A stretch of DNA of 64,000 bases from Waterburya sp. (GCA_965217895.1 CBDCJV010000002.1:3616001-3680000), one strand, 5' to 3'. Counted from the stretch's first letter, positions 20,310-31,616 are shown. Notes: generated by a model not told the origin, from the sequence alone. Numbers and translations are program-made.

Positions 20310-20496
20310 AATAAGTATTACAAAAATAGAGGCTGAAGGATAATTCTGTTGAGCTAAAATTAACGATAGTGAACGTAAAACCTATAAAACGACAGGCTAC
20401 TATTTACTTTACTAATTTTTAGATTAGACATTTATATCTATTTTAAGTTAAAGTGGTAATGACTATGTATAAGCTTGAAACCATCGAGCCTCATTT

Positions 20497-20955
20497 ATGA
20501 AAACTCCAGAGGCAAACCTAACACCAATCAAATCTTTAGAGGATGCCTTAACCCGCTGCCAAGATTTGGGTATGCGGGTTAGTCGTCAGCGTCGCTATAT
20601 CTTAGAGCTGCTGTGGTCACAAGAAGAGCATCTTTCGGCTAGAGAGATATACGACTTGCTCAATCAACAAGGCAAAGAAATTGGTCACACATCCGTATAC
20701 CAAAACTTAGATGCTTTGTCTGCTGGAGGCATAATAGAATGTGTTGAGCGTTCTGACGGTAGATTGTATGGCAACATTAGCGACTCTCATAGTCATGTAA
20801 ACTGCTTAGATACTAATCAAATAATCGATCTGCAAATTGAGTTGCCCGAAGCAATAATCAAGCAAATAGAAGCACAAACGGGTGTCACCATTACTGATTA
20901 CCGCATTGACTTCTTTGGTTATAAAAATGCAGCCAAAGCTGAGTTAAGCAGTTAG
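20497..20955 (+). CDS. Fur-family transcriptional regulator
   Basis: GMRVSRQRRYILE, EHLSAREIY, SVYQNL and SHSHVNC. Confidence 0.85.
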   Translation: MKTPEANLTPIKSLEDALTRCQDLGMRVSRQRRYILELLWSQEEHLSAREIYDLLNQQGKEIGHTSVYQNLDALSAGGIIECVERSDGRLYGNISDSHSHVNCLDTNQIIDLQIELPEAIIKQIEAQTGVTITDYRIDFFGYKNAAKAELSS

Positions 20956-21322
20956 GACAGTTAAAATTTTAGCATTGTAACACTGTTGATACTCTCGTAA
21001 CTAATATTAAAGCTAACTTTTGTAAGCAGAAAGAGCGAATAACTTGTATTCCTGGTTACAGAAATGAGAAGATATAGACTCCTGGCTCAAGTGCAATCAG
21101 GCTAGTTTTCATAATTCTCAACAAAATCAATAATGATTCTATAGTTAGACGCAATTTTTTAACTAACTCAAAGTAAAAGCAAATTATAGTTTGCTTTTTT
21201 ATATTTTTCTAATTCGATGTTTTGCACTCAGTTGCGATCGCAAACGCTAAGATAAAAAAGAGTCTTAAATCACTAAGCAGTACACATAAAAATATCCTTC
21301 CTGGTAATTATTTAAGAACAAT

Positions 21323-23257
21323 ATGGTTCAGACCCCTATCCAAACAAAAGTATCCAAAGTAGAAAAGTTAAAAGACCGCAGTAATTATCTGCGCGAACCG
21401 CTTTTAAGCGAATTGAAAGAAGAAACGACGCATTTTAGCGAAGATGCGATCCAAATTCTCAAGTTTCATGGCTCTTATCAGCAAGATAATCGTGACAATC
21501 GGGCGAAGGGTCAGGAAAAAGACTATCAAATGATGCTGCGTACTCGCAGTCCAGGTGGATTTGTCCCGCCAGAGTTATTTTTAGCTTTAGATCGCCTATC
21601 AGAAGAATATGGTAATCATACCCTCAGAATAACTACTCGCCAGGGTTTTCAGATTCATGGAATCTTGAAAAAAAATCTCCAAGAGGTTATCAAAAATATT
21701 TTAAATAATATGGGTTCGACCCTAAGTGCCTGTGGAGATGTTAATCGCAACATCATGTCTCCGCCTGCACCGTTTAAGAATAAACCCGAATATCAGTATG
21801 CTTTTGAGTATGCCAATAATATTGCCGATCTGCTTAATCCTCAAAGTGGAGCATATTATGAAATTTGGCTAGACGGAGAAAAAGCCATCAGCGCAGCAGA
21901 AGCTCCTGAAGTCAAAGCCGCTAGACAAAGTAAGGGCGATGGTATGATCGTTGAAAATAGCCTTGAGCCTATTTATGGAGAGCATTACTTACCCCGTAAA
22001 TTTAAGATTTGCGTAACTGTACCTGGTGATAACTCCATTGATGTTTATACTCACGACATCAGCTTGGTAGTAATGACCAATAAAAAAGGAGAGCTACAGG
22101 GTTTTAACGTTATGGCTGGAGGTGGCTTAGGTCGAACTCACAACAAAGAAGAAACCTTTGCCCGCATCTCTGACGAGCTAGGCTACATAGATAAAGCCGA
22201 TGTCTATGATTTAGTTAAAGCAATTGTTGCCACTCAAAGAGATTATGGCGATCGCACTAATCGCCGTCATGCCAGAATGAAGTATCTAATTCATGACTGG
22301 GGTGTAGCTAAGTTTAAAGCCAAGGTTGAATCTTACTTTGGTAAAAAACTCAAACCCTATAAAAAATTACCCGAATGGCAATATCAAGATTTTCTTGGCT
22401 GGTACGAACAGGGTGACGGCAAATGGTTTTTTGGTATTGGTGTCGAAAACGGCAGAATAAAAGATGAAGGTGCTTTTCAGCTAAAATCAGCCCTCAGAGA
22501 AATTGTGCAGCAGTTAAACATCCCGATGCGCTTATCTCCCAACCACAATGTTATTCTCTGTGAAATTGACCCCGAACAAAAAGAAACAATAGAAAACATC
22601 CTCAAAAATAGAGGAATAGAAACCGATCCCAGCGCGATCGAGCCTTTGACTCGCTATTCAATGGCTTGTCCCGCATTGCCTACCTGTGGCTTGGCAGTTA
22701 CTGAATCTGAGCGAGCTTTACCAGGAATTACCGATCGCATTAGAGCATTATTGAATAAACTAGGAATGGCAGACGAACACTTCGTGATGCGGATGACTGG
22801 ATGCCCCAACGGCTGCGCTCGTCCCTACATGGCAGAGTTAGGCTTTGTTGGTAGCGCACCTGGAAAATACCAAATCTGGCTGGGAGGAACACCAAATCAG
22901 ACTCAACTAGCCCAACCCTACGAACAAAAAATGTCAGTAGAAGAGTTAGAAAACTTCTTTGAGCCTATTTTTGTTTTCTTCCAACAGAATCGCCAATCCC
23001 AAGAAAGCTTTGGATCGTTCTGTAGCCGTGTTGGATTCGCTGCCATTCGTAATTTTTCTGAAAACTATACAATAGGAAGCTATATGGATATAGATACTAC
23101 TACCAAACGCAAGTTTCGCAAAAATCAACGTCGCGTTAGTGTCCCCGATGATGTTTTTCCCAAACTAAAAGAGATTGCCGAAAAAGAAGGTAGACCGATG
23201 AATCAGATTATTGCTGATGCTTTGAGCGAATATTTTACTAAGAGCAAAGGAGCATAG
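21323..23257 (+). CDS. sir: Ferredoxin-dependent sulfite reductase
   Basis: [31 protein letters not shown] and [11 protein letters not shown] siroheme/4Fe-4S ligands. Confidence 0.92.
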   Translation: MVQTPIQTKVSKVEKLKDRSNYLREPLLSELKEETTHFSEDAIQILKFHGSYQQDNRDNRAKGQEKDYQMMLRTRSPGGFVPPELFLALDRLSEEYGNHTLRITTRQGFQIHGILKKNLQEVIKNILNNMGSTLSACGDVNRNIMSPPAPFKNKPEYQYAFEYANNIADLLNPQSGAYYEIWLDGEKAISAAEAPEVKAARQSKGDGMIVENSLEPIYGEHYLPRKFKICVTVPGDNSIDVYTHDISLVVMTNKKGELQGFNVMAGGGLGRTHNKEETFARISDELGYIDKADVYDLVKAIVATQRDYGDRTNRRHARMKYLIHDWGVAKFKAKVESYFGKKLKPYKKLPEWQYQDFLGWYEQGDGKWFFGIGVENGRIKDEGAFQLKSALREIVQQLNIPMRLSPNHNVILCEIDPEQKETIENILKNRGIETDPSAIEPLTRYSMACPALPTCGLAVTESERALPGITDRIRALLNKLGMADEHFVMRMTGCPNGCARPYMAELGFVGSAPGKYQIWLGGTPNQTQLAQPYEQKMSVEELENFFEPIFVFFQQNRQSQESFGSFCSRVGFAAIRNFSENYTIGSYMDIDTTTKRKFRKNQRRVSVPDDVFPKLKEIAEKEGRPMNQIIADALSEYFTKSKGA

Positions 23258-23462
23258 CATAATTTTGTTAGCTATACTTAAATAATTATTCGTGATTATG
23301 GAGGCAGTCTTTTGGCAGTCTCTTTTTTTTGTGTTATCTATTTAATACAACATTTGAGATCGGTATAATAACTGATTTGAATTTGCCTAAATTTAACTAA
23401 ACTGAAAAAATCCATTTGGTACAAATCTTTGAATTTCAGCAGCATTTGCAGTCTTTTATTAA

Positions 23463-24638
23463 TTGATGACCACCATGAATAATGACAATATCAAAGATGA
23501 ACTAGTTTTAGTTGTAAAAGAGCTAAAAAAAGATTTAGCGACCCTGCTAAACGCTTTACAATCAGCTAAATACTCTATTGTGGTGGTTCAAAATCAAGAA
23601 GATACTCTAACTTTGGCCGCCTTGATCAAGCCCAGCTTGATTGTGTTAGACATTTCGATGTCCCAAATGAATGGATGGGAAATATGTAGACAGCTAAAAA
23701 ACAATTCTCAAACGAGTCAAGTTCCTTTAGTTTTGATTAATTCTTCGATAAATACTGCCCAGAGGGTAACTGAATTAGGTTGGCAAAACCTGATCTGTAT
23801 TGCCCAAAACAGTCAGCCTCAAAAGATTATTCATTTTATTGAAACTCTCTTATCTACTAAAGTTAAACATTCAGCAGACTTTTTGAGCAAGACAATTCAA
23901 CTAGAAGAAAATCAGCAGTTATTAGATTCAGAACGAAATTTAGAAGAATTTACCTCTCTTGTATCCCAAGATTTACAGACATCACTAAGTTCGTTGACTA
24001 TGTTTACTGATTTACTTACTAAAGAGTATCAGAGTGATTTAGATCAAACAGCCCAAAATTATCTTGCAAGCATTAGCAATAGCAGTTCGCGGATGCAAAC
24101 CTTGATTGAAGACTTACGGAATTATGCTCAAGCAGGAAAAAGTGAACAAACTTGGCTGATGGTTGATTTGAATCAGGTAATGCAGCAGGTTATTAGGGAA
24201 CTGCGACAGGCGATCGCTGATACCAAAGCCGAAATTGTGGTGAGAGATTTACCCAGCATTTTGATCAACCCCCAAGAAATATATCAGATACTGCAAAATT
24301 TGATGGAAAATGCGCTCAAGTTTAGTGGCAACGATCCCCGTATTGAAGTTACTGCGGTTCAACAGGAACAAGCATGGTTAATTGCTATAGCTGATAACGG
24401 TATTGGCATTCCTCAAGAATTTCACTCTAAAATTTTTCAAGTTTTCCATAGAGTTCATTCCACTGAAGCTTATTCTGGGGCAGGGATCGGTTTAGCTGTT
24501 TGCGAAAAAATTATCGATCGCTATGGGGGGAAAATCTGGGTTGAGTCCAACGGCGATCGCGGTTCAACCTTCTATTTCACTTTGCCGATGGATGTTTGTT
24601 TACAAAAAACAGTTACCGCAACCCAAGTCAATAACTAG
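23463..24638 (+). CDS. Receiver-histidine kinase hybrid with degenerate H-box
   Basis: N box QNLMENALKF, DNGIG and GAGIGL intact; H-box reads VSQDLQTSL. Confidence 0.75.
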   Translation: MMTTMNNDNIKDELVLVVKELKKDLATLLNALQSAKYSIVVVQNQEDTLTLAALIKPSLIVLDISMSQMNGWEICRQLKNNSQTSQVPLVLINSSINTAQRVTELGWQNLICIAQNSQPQKIIHFIETLLSTKVKHSADFLSKTIQLEENQQLLDSERNLEEFTSLVSQDLQTSLSSLTMFTDLLTKEYQSDLDQTAQNYLASISNSSSRMQTLIEDLRNYAQAGKSEQTWLMVDLNQVMQQVIRELRQAIADTKAEIVVRDLPSILINPQEIYQILQNLMENALKFSGNDPRIEVTAVQQEQAWLIAIADNGIGIPQEFHSKIFQVFHRVHSTEAYSGAGIGLAVCEKIIDRYGGKIWVESNGDRGSTFYFTLPMDVCLQKTVTATQVNN

Positions 24639-24714
24639 CATGACTATCTATCGCAGTACGTTAACTGACAACGTATAAAAGTGGAAGAAGGTTAAGTTGC
24701 TAGATTGAAAAAAA

Positions 24715-25503
24715 TCAGATTCCGATAGACCTTTCGCCAGCTATCAATCCACGATGCAAGACTCGATCGCCCACAACTTGAGAATGATCTGCCCGATGCA
24801 TTGTACAGCGATCGTCCCAAACTACTATATCCCCCGCTTGCCACCGATGGCGATAAAGCCTATTTTTACGAATTGAATGTTTATATAGCAGCCTAATAAT
24901 TCGTTGTCCCTCCTCCGCATTTACACCAGATATAGCCTGACATCGTTCTGGCGTAGATAAATAAAGTGCCACCCGCCCCGAAATTGGATGTCGTCTAAAT
25001 AATGGATGCCAGCATTGGGTTTGTTGACTTTCATCCAAGGTCAAACCAGAAACCAGATGCAAAACCTTTGCCCGCTCAAACCGTTCCTTCATCCACTTGG
25101 GTAATGTCTCGTATGCCCAATATTGATTGCAAAATAAGGTTTCGCCTCCCGATGATGGCACTTTTACAATTCGTAGTGCGGTAAATGCGGGGGGTTTAGT
25201 AATGTAGCTTGTATCCGTATGAAAAACGCTTCTAGGTGGGCGATCGCGACCTACATTAGTCACCAAGTTCAGCATCGGCGCACCAGGAACAGGCTTCTCT
25301 CCTATGGTAAACGTCAATTGCCCCAACTTGTTCAAAAAAGCAACAAACGCTTCGTCAGTAATTCGCTGCCCCTTGAATACCATAAACCCATGGCGAGCGA
25401 TCGCAGTCTTTACCGCATTGATTTTTTCACCGCCCAGATCTGCGATCTTAAGCTTAATAGCCTCCACCCCAAAAGGCGAAAGCATCCGCAAGTCATAGCT
25501 CAT
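24715..25503 (-). CDS. TauD/TfdA-family Fe(II)/2-oxoglutarate dioxygenase
   Basis: FHTDTSY, GGETLF and WDDRCTMHRA; start taken at MSYDLR (ATG 25503). Confidence 0.88.
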   Translation of the reverse strand: MSYDLRMLSPFGVEAIKLKIADLGGEKINAVKTAIARHGFMVFKGQRITDEAFVAFLNKLGQLTFTIGEKPVPGAPMLNLVTNVGRDRPPRSVFHTDTSYITKPPAFTALRIVKVPSSGGETLFCNQYWAYETLPKWMKERFERAKVLHLVSGLTLDESQQTQCWHPLFRRHPISGRVALYLSTPERCQAISGVNAEEGQRIIRLLYKHSIRKNRLYRHRWQAGDIVVWDDRCTMHRADHSQVVGDRVLHRGLIAGERSIGI

Positions 25504-25525
25504 GCGATCGCCTCTCCCCAAAAAA

Positions 25526-26185
25526 CTAAACAAATTTCTTCAACTCATCAAAATTAAGCTTATCAACTCGTAAATTAGCCCCCGAAAAATTATGATGAGT
25601 CGTATTCTCTCCTGGAAACCCTACACAGCTTATCCCCGCCGTCTGTGCCGCCGTTAGCCCACCCAGATTATCTTCAATAGCAACGCAATTTTCTGCCTTC
25701 TCATTGAGTTCTTTCAACGCGAAAATATAAGCATCTCCAGCAGGCTTTGATCGCTCCACCATAGAAGCATCCACCACCAAATCAAAATCTGCCCGCTCGA
25801 TATCCGACGCTAAGGCTGACAGCAATGATGACACATTCTTCTCAGAGGTTGTTGTCACCAAACCTAGCTTTAACCCATGCTGCTTTGCCTGGGCGATGGT
25901 TTCAACTACACCAGGGCGTGACTTCACTTCACCCGCACGTAAATGCTCTTGAAATATCTGTGACTTCGACCTATGAATCGCTGCTGCATCTACCGACTGT
26001 CCGACCAAAGCTGCATAGTCCTTAATTCTTTGCGTCCCGCCGCTTTTTTCCAGCATTGACAAATACTCACCCTGCGTCCAGTGCCAATCGAGTCCATGTC
26101 GCTCAAATGCCTGATTAAAAGACTGTCTTTGAAGCTCAGAAGTATCGGCGATCGAACCAATAGACCCCAAAAAAATAGCTGACAT
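25526..26185 (-). CDS. HAD-IA family hydrolase (CbbY-like)
   Basis: IADTSELQRQSFNQAF, LVTTTS, KPAGDAY and AIEDN; motif I reads FLGSIGS rather than DxD. Confidence 0.8.
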   Translation of the reverse strand: MSAIFLGSIGSIADTSELQRQSFNQAFERHGLDWHWTQGEYLSMLEKSGGTQRIKDYAALVGQSVDAAAIHRSKSQIFQEHLRAGEVKSRPGVVETIAQAKQHGLKLGLVTTTSEKNVSSLLSALASDIERADFDLVVDASMVERSKPAGDAYIFALKELNEKAENCVAIEDNLGGLTAAQTAGISCVGFPGENTTHHNFSGANLRVDKLNFDELKKFV

Positions 26186-26347
26186 AAACTCTACGTTTCC
26201 TTATTTTATAAATAGAAAAAACAATTTGAAAAACGTTACCATTTATAACTTACCGTTGTCTTGGGTTTAAAGCCTTCTTCTTTTAGGAGGACTTTTTTAG
26301 TCTCGGTGAGAAAGGTGTAATCACCGCCGTAAACGATCGCTAAGCGG

Positions 26348-27373
26348 TCAATCAAACATCGCCTGCTGTAACATCTGGTCAAAAAATATCTTTACTGGCG
26401 TACCCGCAGCACTCATCATCGCTACTAGAACGCTCCCTGGCGCAAAAGAACAATACAGCGCAGCCTCAATAAACCAGCACTGTCCTCCAGGGTCAATACG
26501 GATATCGAACAAACTGTAGTGCCGACATCCCAAAGCCAGATGGCATCGCTTTGCCATTTCCCAAACCTCTGGCACGACGGGATCGTCAACATCCACTGCC
26601 CATGAGTCAAATCCTTCTTTCACTGCTAGCTCAATCTCTTCCTGCTCGTTTCGTTTGAGCTTATTCTCATAAGCGCGAATAGGTCGCTTTTGGGAATCCA
26701 TCCAGTACTCTTTTAGTGGCAGACAAACCATCTCTCCTCCCTGCATTACTATTCCACAGCGCACTTCTCGACCTAGCTCAATAAACTGCTCAATCAGCAC
26801 CTCATCAGAGTGAGAAAAAGCGACCTCCAAAGCAGCCTGGTAGTCATTTTTTTGCTTGACTAGAGTTATCCCTACAGAATTGTCAGTATTCGTCGGCTTT
26901 ACAATTACTGGTAGCCGTGGCTCAAACAGGTCGCCCCGCCGTAATAAAACACCTTTAGGTACTCGTACACCCTCAGCCGAGACAACCGCCCTTGCTTTTG
27001 CCTTATCAGCAGCGATCGCCATTGCCGTAGGTTTATTGCCTACATAAGGTATCTTCAACAGATCTAACAACGCTCTATACTCAGTCATTCCAGATATGCA
27101 AAACAGATGTGGTATCGCCACATCAATTTCCTTTTTAGCGAGAAACAATACGGCTTCAGAAAAGGTAAACGGTTTGGCATCCGCAATCGAATCGCGATCT
27201 AAATAGGCGGGAAATCGCCAAATGCGATCGGTCGAGACATAGGCAATTAAGAAGTCATATTGAGAAGAATTCGCCGTGGCTCGAATACAATTTTGAGCAT
27301 ACATTCGAGAAATATCGCAGTAGTGTTCGCTATCAGCAGATCCTACCAGATGAAGAATGCGTAAGTGGTTCAT
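26348..27373 (-). CDS. mysD: D-Ala-D-Ala-ligase-like ATP-grasp enzyme of mycosporine-like amino acid biosynthesis
   Basis: ILHLVGSA..YCD.SR.YAQ, FC..GMT.YRAL.DLLKIPY.GN, FIELGREVRCG, CH.ALGCRHYSLFD.RIDP and LYCSFAP match recalled Nostoc MysD. Confidence 0.82.
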   Translation of the reverse strand: MNHLRILHLVGSADSEHYCDISRMYAQNCIRATANSSQYDFLIAYVSTDRIWRFPAYLDRDSIADAKPFTFSEAVLFLAKKEIDVAIPHLFCISGMTEYRALLDLLKIPYVGNKPTAMAIAADKAKARAVVSAEGVRVPKGVLLRRGDLFEPRLPVIVKPTNTDNSVGITLVKQKNDYQAALEVAFSHSDEVLIEQFIELGREVRCGIVMQGGEMVCLPLKEYWMDSQKRPIRAYENKLKRNEQEEIELAVKEGFDSWAVDVDDPVVPEVWEMAKRCHLALGCRHYSLFDIRIDPGGQCWFIEAALYCSFAPGSVLVAMMSAAGTPVKIFFDQMLQQAMFD

Positions 27374-27527
27374 AATGACTGTTCGTTTTTGTCGTAATCC
27401 TCAATAAAAGAGGATTGCTGGATCGAATTTATAATTTGAATCGGCGATGCAGGTTTAGCTTAGATTGAATATCAAAGTTTTTCTTCTTTATTCTTGCTCA
27501 AACTTGCTCAAAATTGTGCTTGATTGA

Positions 27528-27616
27528 TAGACCTCTGCATGAATAAATTATTAAGTTCTTTATTACCTCTCACCTCTTGGCAAAGTGGCTAGGGGGTGAT
27601 TTGTGCCAGAAGTCTA
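27528..27616. mobile_element. Short MITE-like element
   Basis: Imperfect terminal inverted repeats TAGACCTCTGCATGAAT / ATTTGTGCCAGAAGTCTA. Confidence 0.45.
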
Positions 27617-28437
27617 ATAGAAAGCAAAAATTAAATCATCAAATATTTTTCTATTTTGGTAATAGGTGATACACATTGACCAACCAGAAAATAATGGAAG
27701 AGCTATACTATTTTGAGAAATAAACCGAATCTGAGATTTATTTAAATTCTCTACTTTTATTTCTCATAATTTGCTGATTTAAAAGTAGATTTATCTACTT
27801 TTAGTGGCAAAAAAACTTTATAGTTGTTGGCAGCACTAAAGCTCAATGTGAATGATTATTAGTCTAAAGAAATTGCAGCTAAATGATTAGAAACAATAGC
27901 GTTTTCAAAATAATCATTTCGCGTTTATTCTTGCCAGATTTTTTACCTAGTCCCTTAAAAATATCTAGAGCATCTCCATCTTTAGGAGATTATTTTTTGC
28001 CGAAATTGTCTCAAAAACATCTGTAAATAACTTTGTTGTTATCAATATGACAATCTGTACGGGATTTATTTGATATAAAAGAGCAGATGAAATTTGTCTT
28101 CATTATGTTCTATCGATGTTTTCTTAGCCGTTTACAAAATCTTAACTAGATCTTTAAACAAACTTTATGGGAATTAAGTGATCTTGCTCATGTTAATTAG
28201 CTAAATAATCGTGCAGGATGATATTGAGTAAATAGTCAATCAGCCAAGAACTAAAATGGTTCTGTTATTCAACGCCAATCATTAGTTAGAACTGAACCCT
28301 TTACCGTTGGTCAAACTGTTTTAAGTATGCACCAGCATTAACCGAAGCAAACCAACATAAGTAAAAGTAAATAGAGATGATAGTTCAGTCAGCTAAATCT
28401 CTTTTCTAAGCAAATTATTAAAGTTGAGGAGTCAACC

Positions 28438-28797
28438 ATGAACGCAATGCAATATACAATTGAAAGCCTGCATCTGGAAAACTGGATTTATCCACGCCAG
28501 CGTCGGCAATCTTCCCAAAATTCAGTAAAAGCAAGAAAAATAGATTTACTTGCTCCATTACGTCAATGGTTAGACAATATTGAAGTAAAAAATAGTGCGA
28601 TCGCTCATCTGATCTGTAAATTGATTCCTAGCCAATGTCCTTTTGAACGAGAAATCAAATTGTTTGGACGCTCGATCGTTAAAATTCCCCCTATGTGTAA
28701 ATTAAATCCTCTTTATAACGAGGTAATTGGTTTGCGTTTTCGGGCGATTTGCTACTTAGCTGATGTTTGTGGAGAAGATGTTAGCCTCTATTGCTAA
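28438..28797 (+). CDS. Mo-dependent nitrogenase C-terminal-like domain protein
   Basis: LRQWLD..ICKLIPSQCPFER..IPPMCKLNPLY..LRFRAICYLAD. Confidence 0.85.
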   Translation: MNAMQYTIESLHLENWIYPRQRRQSSQNSVKARKIDLLAPLRQWLDNIEVKNSAIAHLICKLIPSQCPFEREIKLFGRSIVKIPPMCKLNPLYNEVIGLRFRAICYLADVCGEDVSLYC

Positions 28798-28840
28798 GAT
28801 ACATTAGAATTTAGACATCTTTTTTCTAATAGAGACAATC

Positions 28841-29608
28841 GTGGCAATTATAGCTCTCAAAGCTTGGTATTTAGAACAATACGAGCCAATCAAGACAGTA
28901 ATTCAAAAGCCCTCTACCCTGCGTCTAAGCAGAAATAGTTTGTTAAAAACGGGTTTACGGGCAGATTTTTTAGACGATCGCCTGGAGGTAGAGGGATCGG
29001 ACTGGTTTCAACTGTATCTAGAAGGTAGAACTGTAGAGTTTTATGTTCAAGGAAGCGGTAGCTATATCGTTTCTAATATCGATTTAGTCTCTCAAGAAAT
29101 TTATTTTACTAAGTGCAATAGTATTTCAGGACTTGAACCTGTAATTTACTATAGCCCTCAAGCTCATTATCAAGCTGCCAACGATGCTGTTACTTCAGCT
29201 TTGGAAAGTATCGTTGAAGATTTAGCAGGGCGATCGCGCATACCTTTATCTTTAGAAGTTACACCTCACGTTGCCGAATCCCCCTTACGCCTAAGTAATA
29301 GTCAATTTAAAAAAATCAGTAAAAGCCTATTGTTGATAGCTGACGTTACTCCCATTAGTAGTATTCCTGGAGAAAAGCAACCTAACCTGTTAATAGATCC
29401 CACGGTATGTGTGGAATTGGGTTATGGAATTCAAAACAAGGATCATGGACAGATCCTATTACTGAATATGGAACGTCCAGACTTAAAAGGAACAATACCT
29501 TTTGATATGGCTGGCTACAAGCAACTTAGCTTTACTAACGCTGCTCAATTAGCCAAAAGTCTACCTAAATTGCTCGACACTTTGCTACAGCGATACAATT
29601 TGTTCTAA
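28841..29608 (+). CDS. Conserved cyanobacterial hypothetical protein
   Basis: 255-aa ORF with normal composition; MAIIALKAWYL...LRLSRNSLLK. Confidence 0.6.
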   Translation: MAIIALKAWYLEQYEPIKTVIQKPSTLRLSRNSLLKTGLRADFLDDRLEVEGSDWFQLYLEGRTVEFYVQGSGSYIVSNIDLVSQEIYFTKCNSISGLEPVIYYSPQAHYQAANDAVTSALESIVEDLAGRSRIPLSLEVTPHVAESPLRLSNSQFKKISKSLLLIADVTPISSIPGEKQPNLLIDPTVCVELGYGIQNKDHGQILLLNMERPDLKGTIPFDMAGYKQLSFTNAAQLAKSLPKLLDTLLQRYNLF

Positions 29609-29699
29609 ACAAACAACTGGTTGATTGAGCTGCCGATGCACTTAAATTACATATTATCTTGCTATAGTAAAAATTATCTACTAAGTACGGTAGGAAAAG

Positions 29700-30161
29700 A
29701 TGATTAAAACCGACCTGGAATATGATGTCTGGCTGGATACCCAGATTGAATTACTAAAGATGGGTAATTTAAGGGAACTGGATGTAGCCAATTTGATAGA
29801 GGAACTAGAAGACTTGGGTAGATCGCAAAAGGCTGCGTGTAGAAGTTTGGTCTACCAAATTATATTGCACAAATTGTTTTGTGATTACTGGACAGCAGAA
29901 AGAGAGAGAAATCTAGGTCACTGGGAAGCTGAAATTATTGCCTTTCAGTTTCAGTTAACTGATCATCTAACAACTAATATTCGCAACCATTTGGAAGACG
30001 AGCTGCATAAAATTTACCTCAAAGTTTTGAAAGCTGCTCTGGCTAAAGCCACTCTCTCCTTAGATCCTAATCCTACTATTGTTGGATCTATGAAGATGAA
30101 GACTATGGTTGCTTTTCCTAACTCATGTCCTTATACCCTAGACCAAATTATTGGTGAATAA
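29700..30161 (+). CDS. DUF29 family protein
   Basis: YDVWLDTQIELLK..LDVANLIEELEDLGRSQK and FPNSCPYTLDQI. Confidence 0.85.
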   Translation: MIKTDLEYDVWLDTQIELLKMGNLRELDVANLIEELEDLGRSQKAACRSLVYQIILHKLFCDYWTAERERNLGHWEAEIIAFQFQLTDHLTTNIRNHLEDELHKIYLKVLKAALAKATLSLDPNPTIVGSMKMKTMVAFPNSCPYTLDQIIGE

Positions 30162-30358
30162 AAACACTGCAAGCCTAATTGCCTTACAGTCAGCAAAAAT
30201 CTGCCAATTGTAGATCTTCCGTCCTAAAAGAGATCGCAAAATAAATATCAGAAATTAGCTGAATCAATTGAATTTTGGTATGGCCTTTCCCTTCAACTTG
30301 TCTTTCTTTAAGAGAAGTACCGCTAAATTAAGTGCAGATTATGGGTTAAACTTTTATT

Positions 30359-30378
30359 AATTGAGAATAATTCCTATA
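30359..30378 (+). promoter_or_regulatory. Putative Fur box
   Basis: AATTGAGAATAATTCCTATA resembles a Fur operator and lies upstream of an Fe ABC ATPase. Confidence 0.45.
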
Positions 30379-30452
30379 AGGTAACAAAATTTATCTATCT
30401 GCCATGGCAACTGAGAATAGATACATAATTTCAGTTGGCAAAGTAATCAAAT

Positions 30453-31616
30453 ATGAAACAACCAGTAATTCTTCAGCTTCATAATATTAGTAAGACTTTT
30501 CCTAATCAAACAATATCTTCGGTAAAAAACTTTCACAGCAAAGTTTTAGATGATGTAAGTCTTACTTTAAAGCATGGAGAATTACTCGGTCTACTCGGAC
30601 CATCGGGATGCGGAAAAACTACCTTACTAAGGGTTGTCGCTGGGTTTGAATCAATTTCTGAAGGAACGGTTGAAATAGCAGGAAAAATAGTATCTACCAA
30701 CTGTAGCTCTCTAGCTGCGGAAAAGCGCAATACAGGCATGGTATTTCAAGATTATGCTCTATTTCCCCACCTGACAGTGGCAGAAAATATTGCCTTTGGT
30801 TTAAAAAATCAGGGAAACAAACGCAGCAGCGGTATTTTTGCTCATCAAAAAGCATCCAAGGTTCAAATCAAACAGAGAGTAGGTGAAGTTTTAGAATTAG
30901 TGGGATTGAGTGGTTTAGAAAAACGCTATCCTCATCAGCTATCTGGAGGGCAACAACAGCGTATATCCCTAGCTAGAGCTTTAGCACCTCAACCTTCTCT
31001 GATCTTGCTAGATGAACCTCTGAGTAATTTAGATGTTCAGGTACGTCATCGCTTAAGGGGAGAAATTCGCTCAATCCTTAAAGCAGCAAAAACTTCAGCT
31101 ATTTTTGTCACCCACGATCGCGAAGAGGCTTTGGCTATTTCCGATCAAATTGCCGTCATGCGTAACGGTAAGCTAGAGCAGATAGGTACTCCAGAACAAA
31201 TTTATCTCAATCCTGCATCTCGTTTTGTGGCTGAGTTTGTAACTCAGGCTAATTTTCTCCCCGCTACTAGAAAAGGCGGCTTTTGGCTGACAGAAATTGG
31301 CGAGATAGAAGCAGCAAAAGCAAACGCGATTATGAATTCAGATGAGACATCGGCAAAACAAGGAGATTTGATGTTACGCCAGGAAGATATTGTGCTGGTT
31401 GCCGACAGTGCTTCTAAGATAACGGTTATCGAAAGACAGTTTCTCGGTAGAGAATATCATTACACCGTGGAAACAGCTTCAGGAAAGAGAATCCAAGCTC
31501 GTACTAACTTGAATAAGGCGATCGCCCTTGGCACAAACGTTAGCCTATCATTTAACATTTCCTCTCCGCGTATATTTCTCTCTTTAGTCAAAAATTCCCT
31601 AGCCGTAGTCGGCTAG
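30453..31616 (+). CDS. Fe(III) ABC transporter ATP-binding protein (FutC/FbpC-like)
   Basis: GPSGCGKT, VFQDYALFPH, LSGGQQQR, LLDEP and C-terminal TOBE-like region. Confidence 0.8.
   Translation: MKQPVILQLHNISKTFPNQTISSVKNFHSKVLDDVSLTLKHGELLGLLGPSGCGKTTLLRVVAGFESISEGTVEIAGKIVSTNCSSLAAEKRNTGMVFQDYALFPHLTVAENIAFGLKNQGNKRSSGIFAHQKASKVQIKQRVGEVLELVGLSGLEKRYPHQLSGGQQQRISLARALAPQPSLILLDEPLSNLDVQVRHRLRGEIRSILKAAKTSAIFVTHDREEALAISDQIAVMRNGKLEQIGTPEQIYLNPASRFVAEFVTQANFLPATRKGGFWLTEIGEIEAAKANAIMNSDETSAKQGDLMLRQEDIVLVADSASKITVIERQFLGREYHYTVETASGKRIQARTNLNKAIALGTNVSLSFNISSPRIFLSLVKNSLAVVG

Noticed and set aside
26262..26345. Possible IS200/IS605-type end remnants between mysD and HAD
   Set aside because: Too degenerate to support and no transposase nearby
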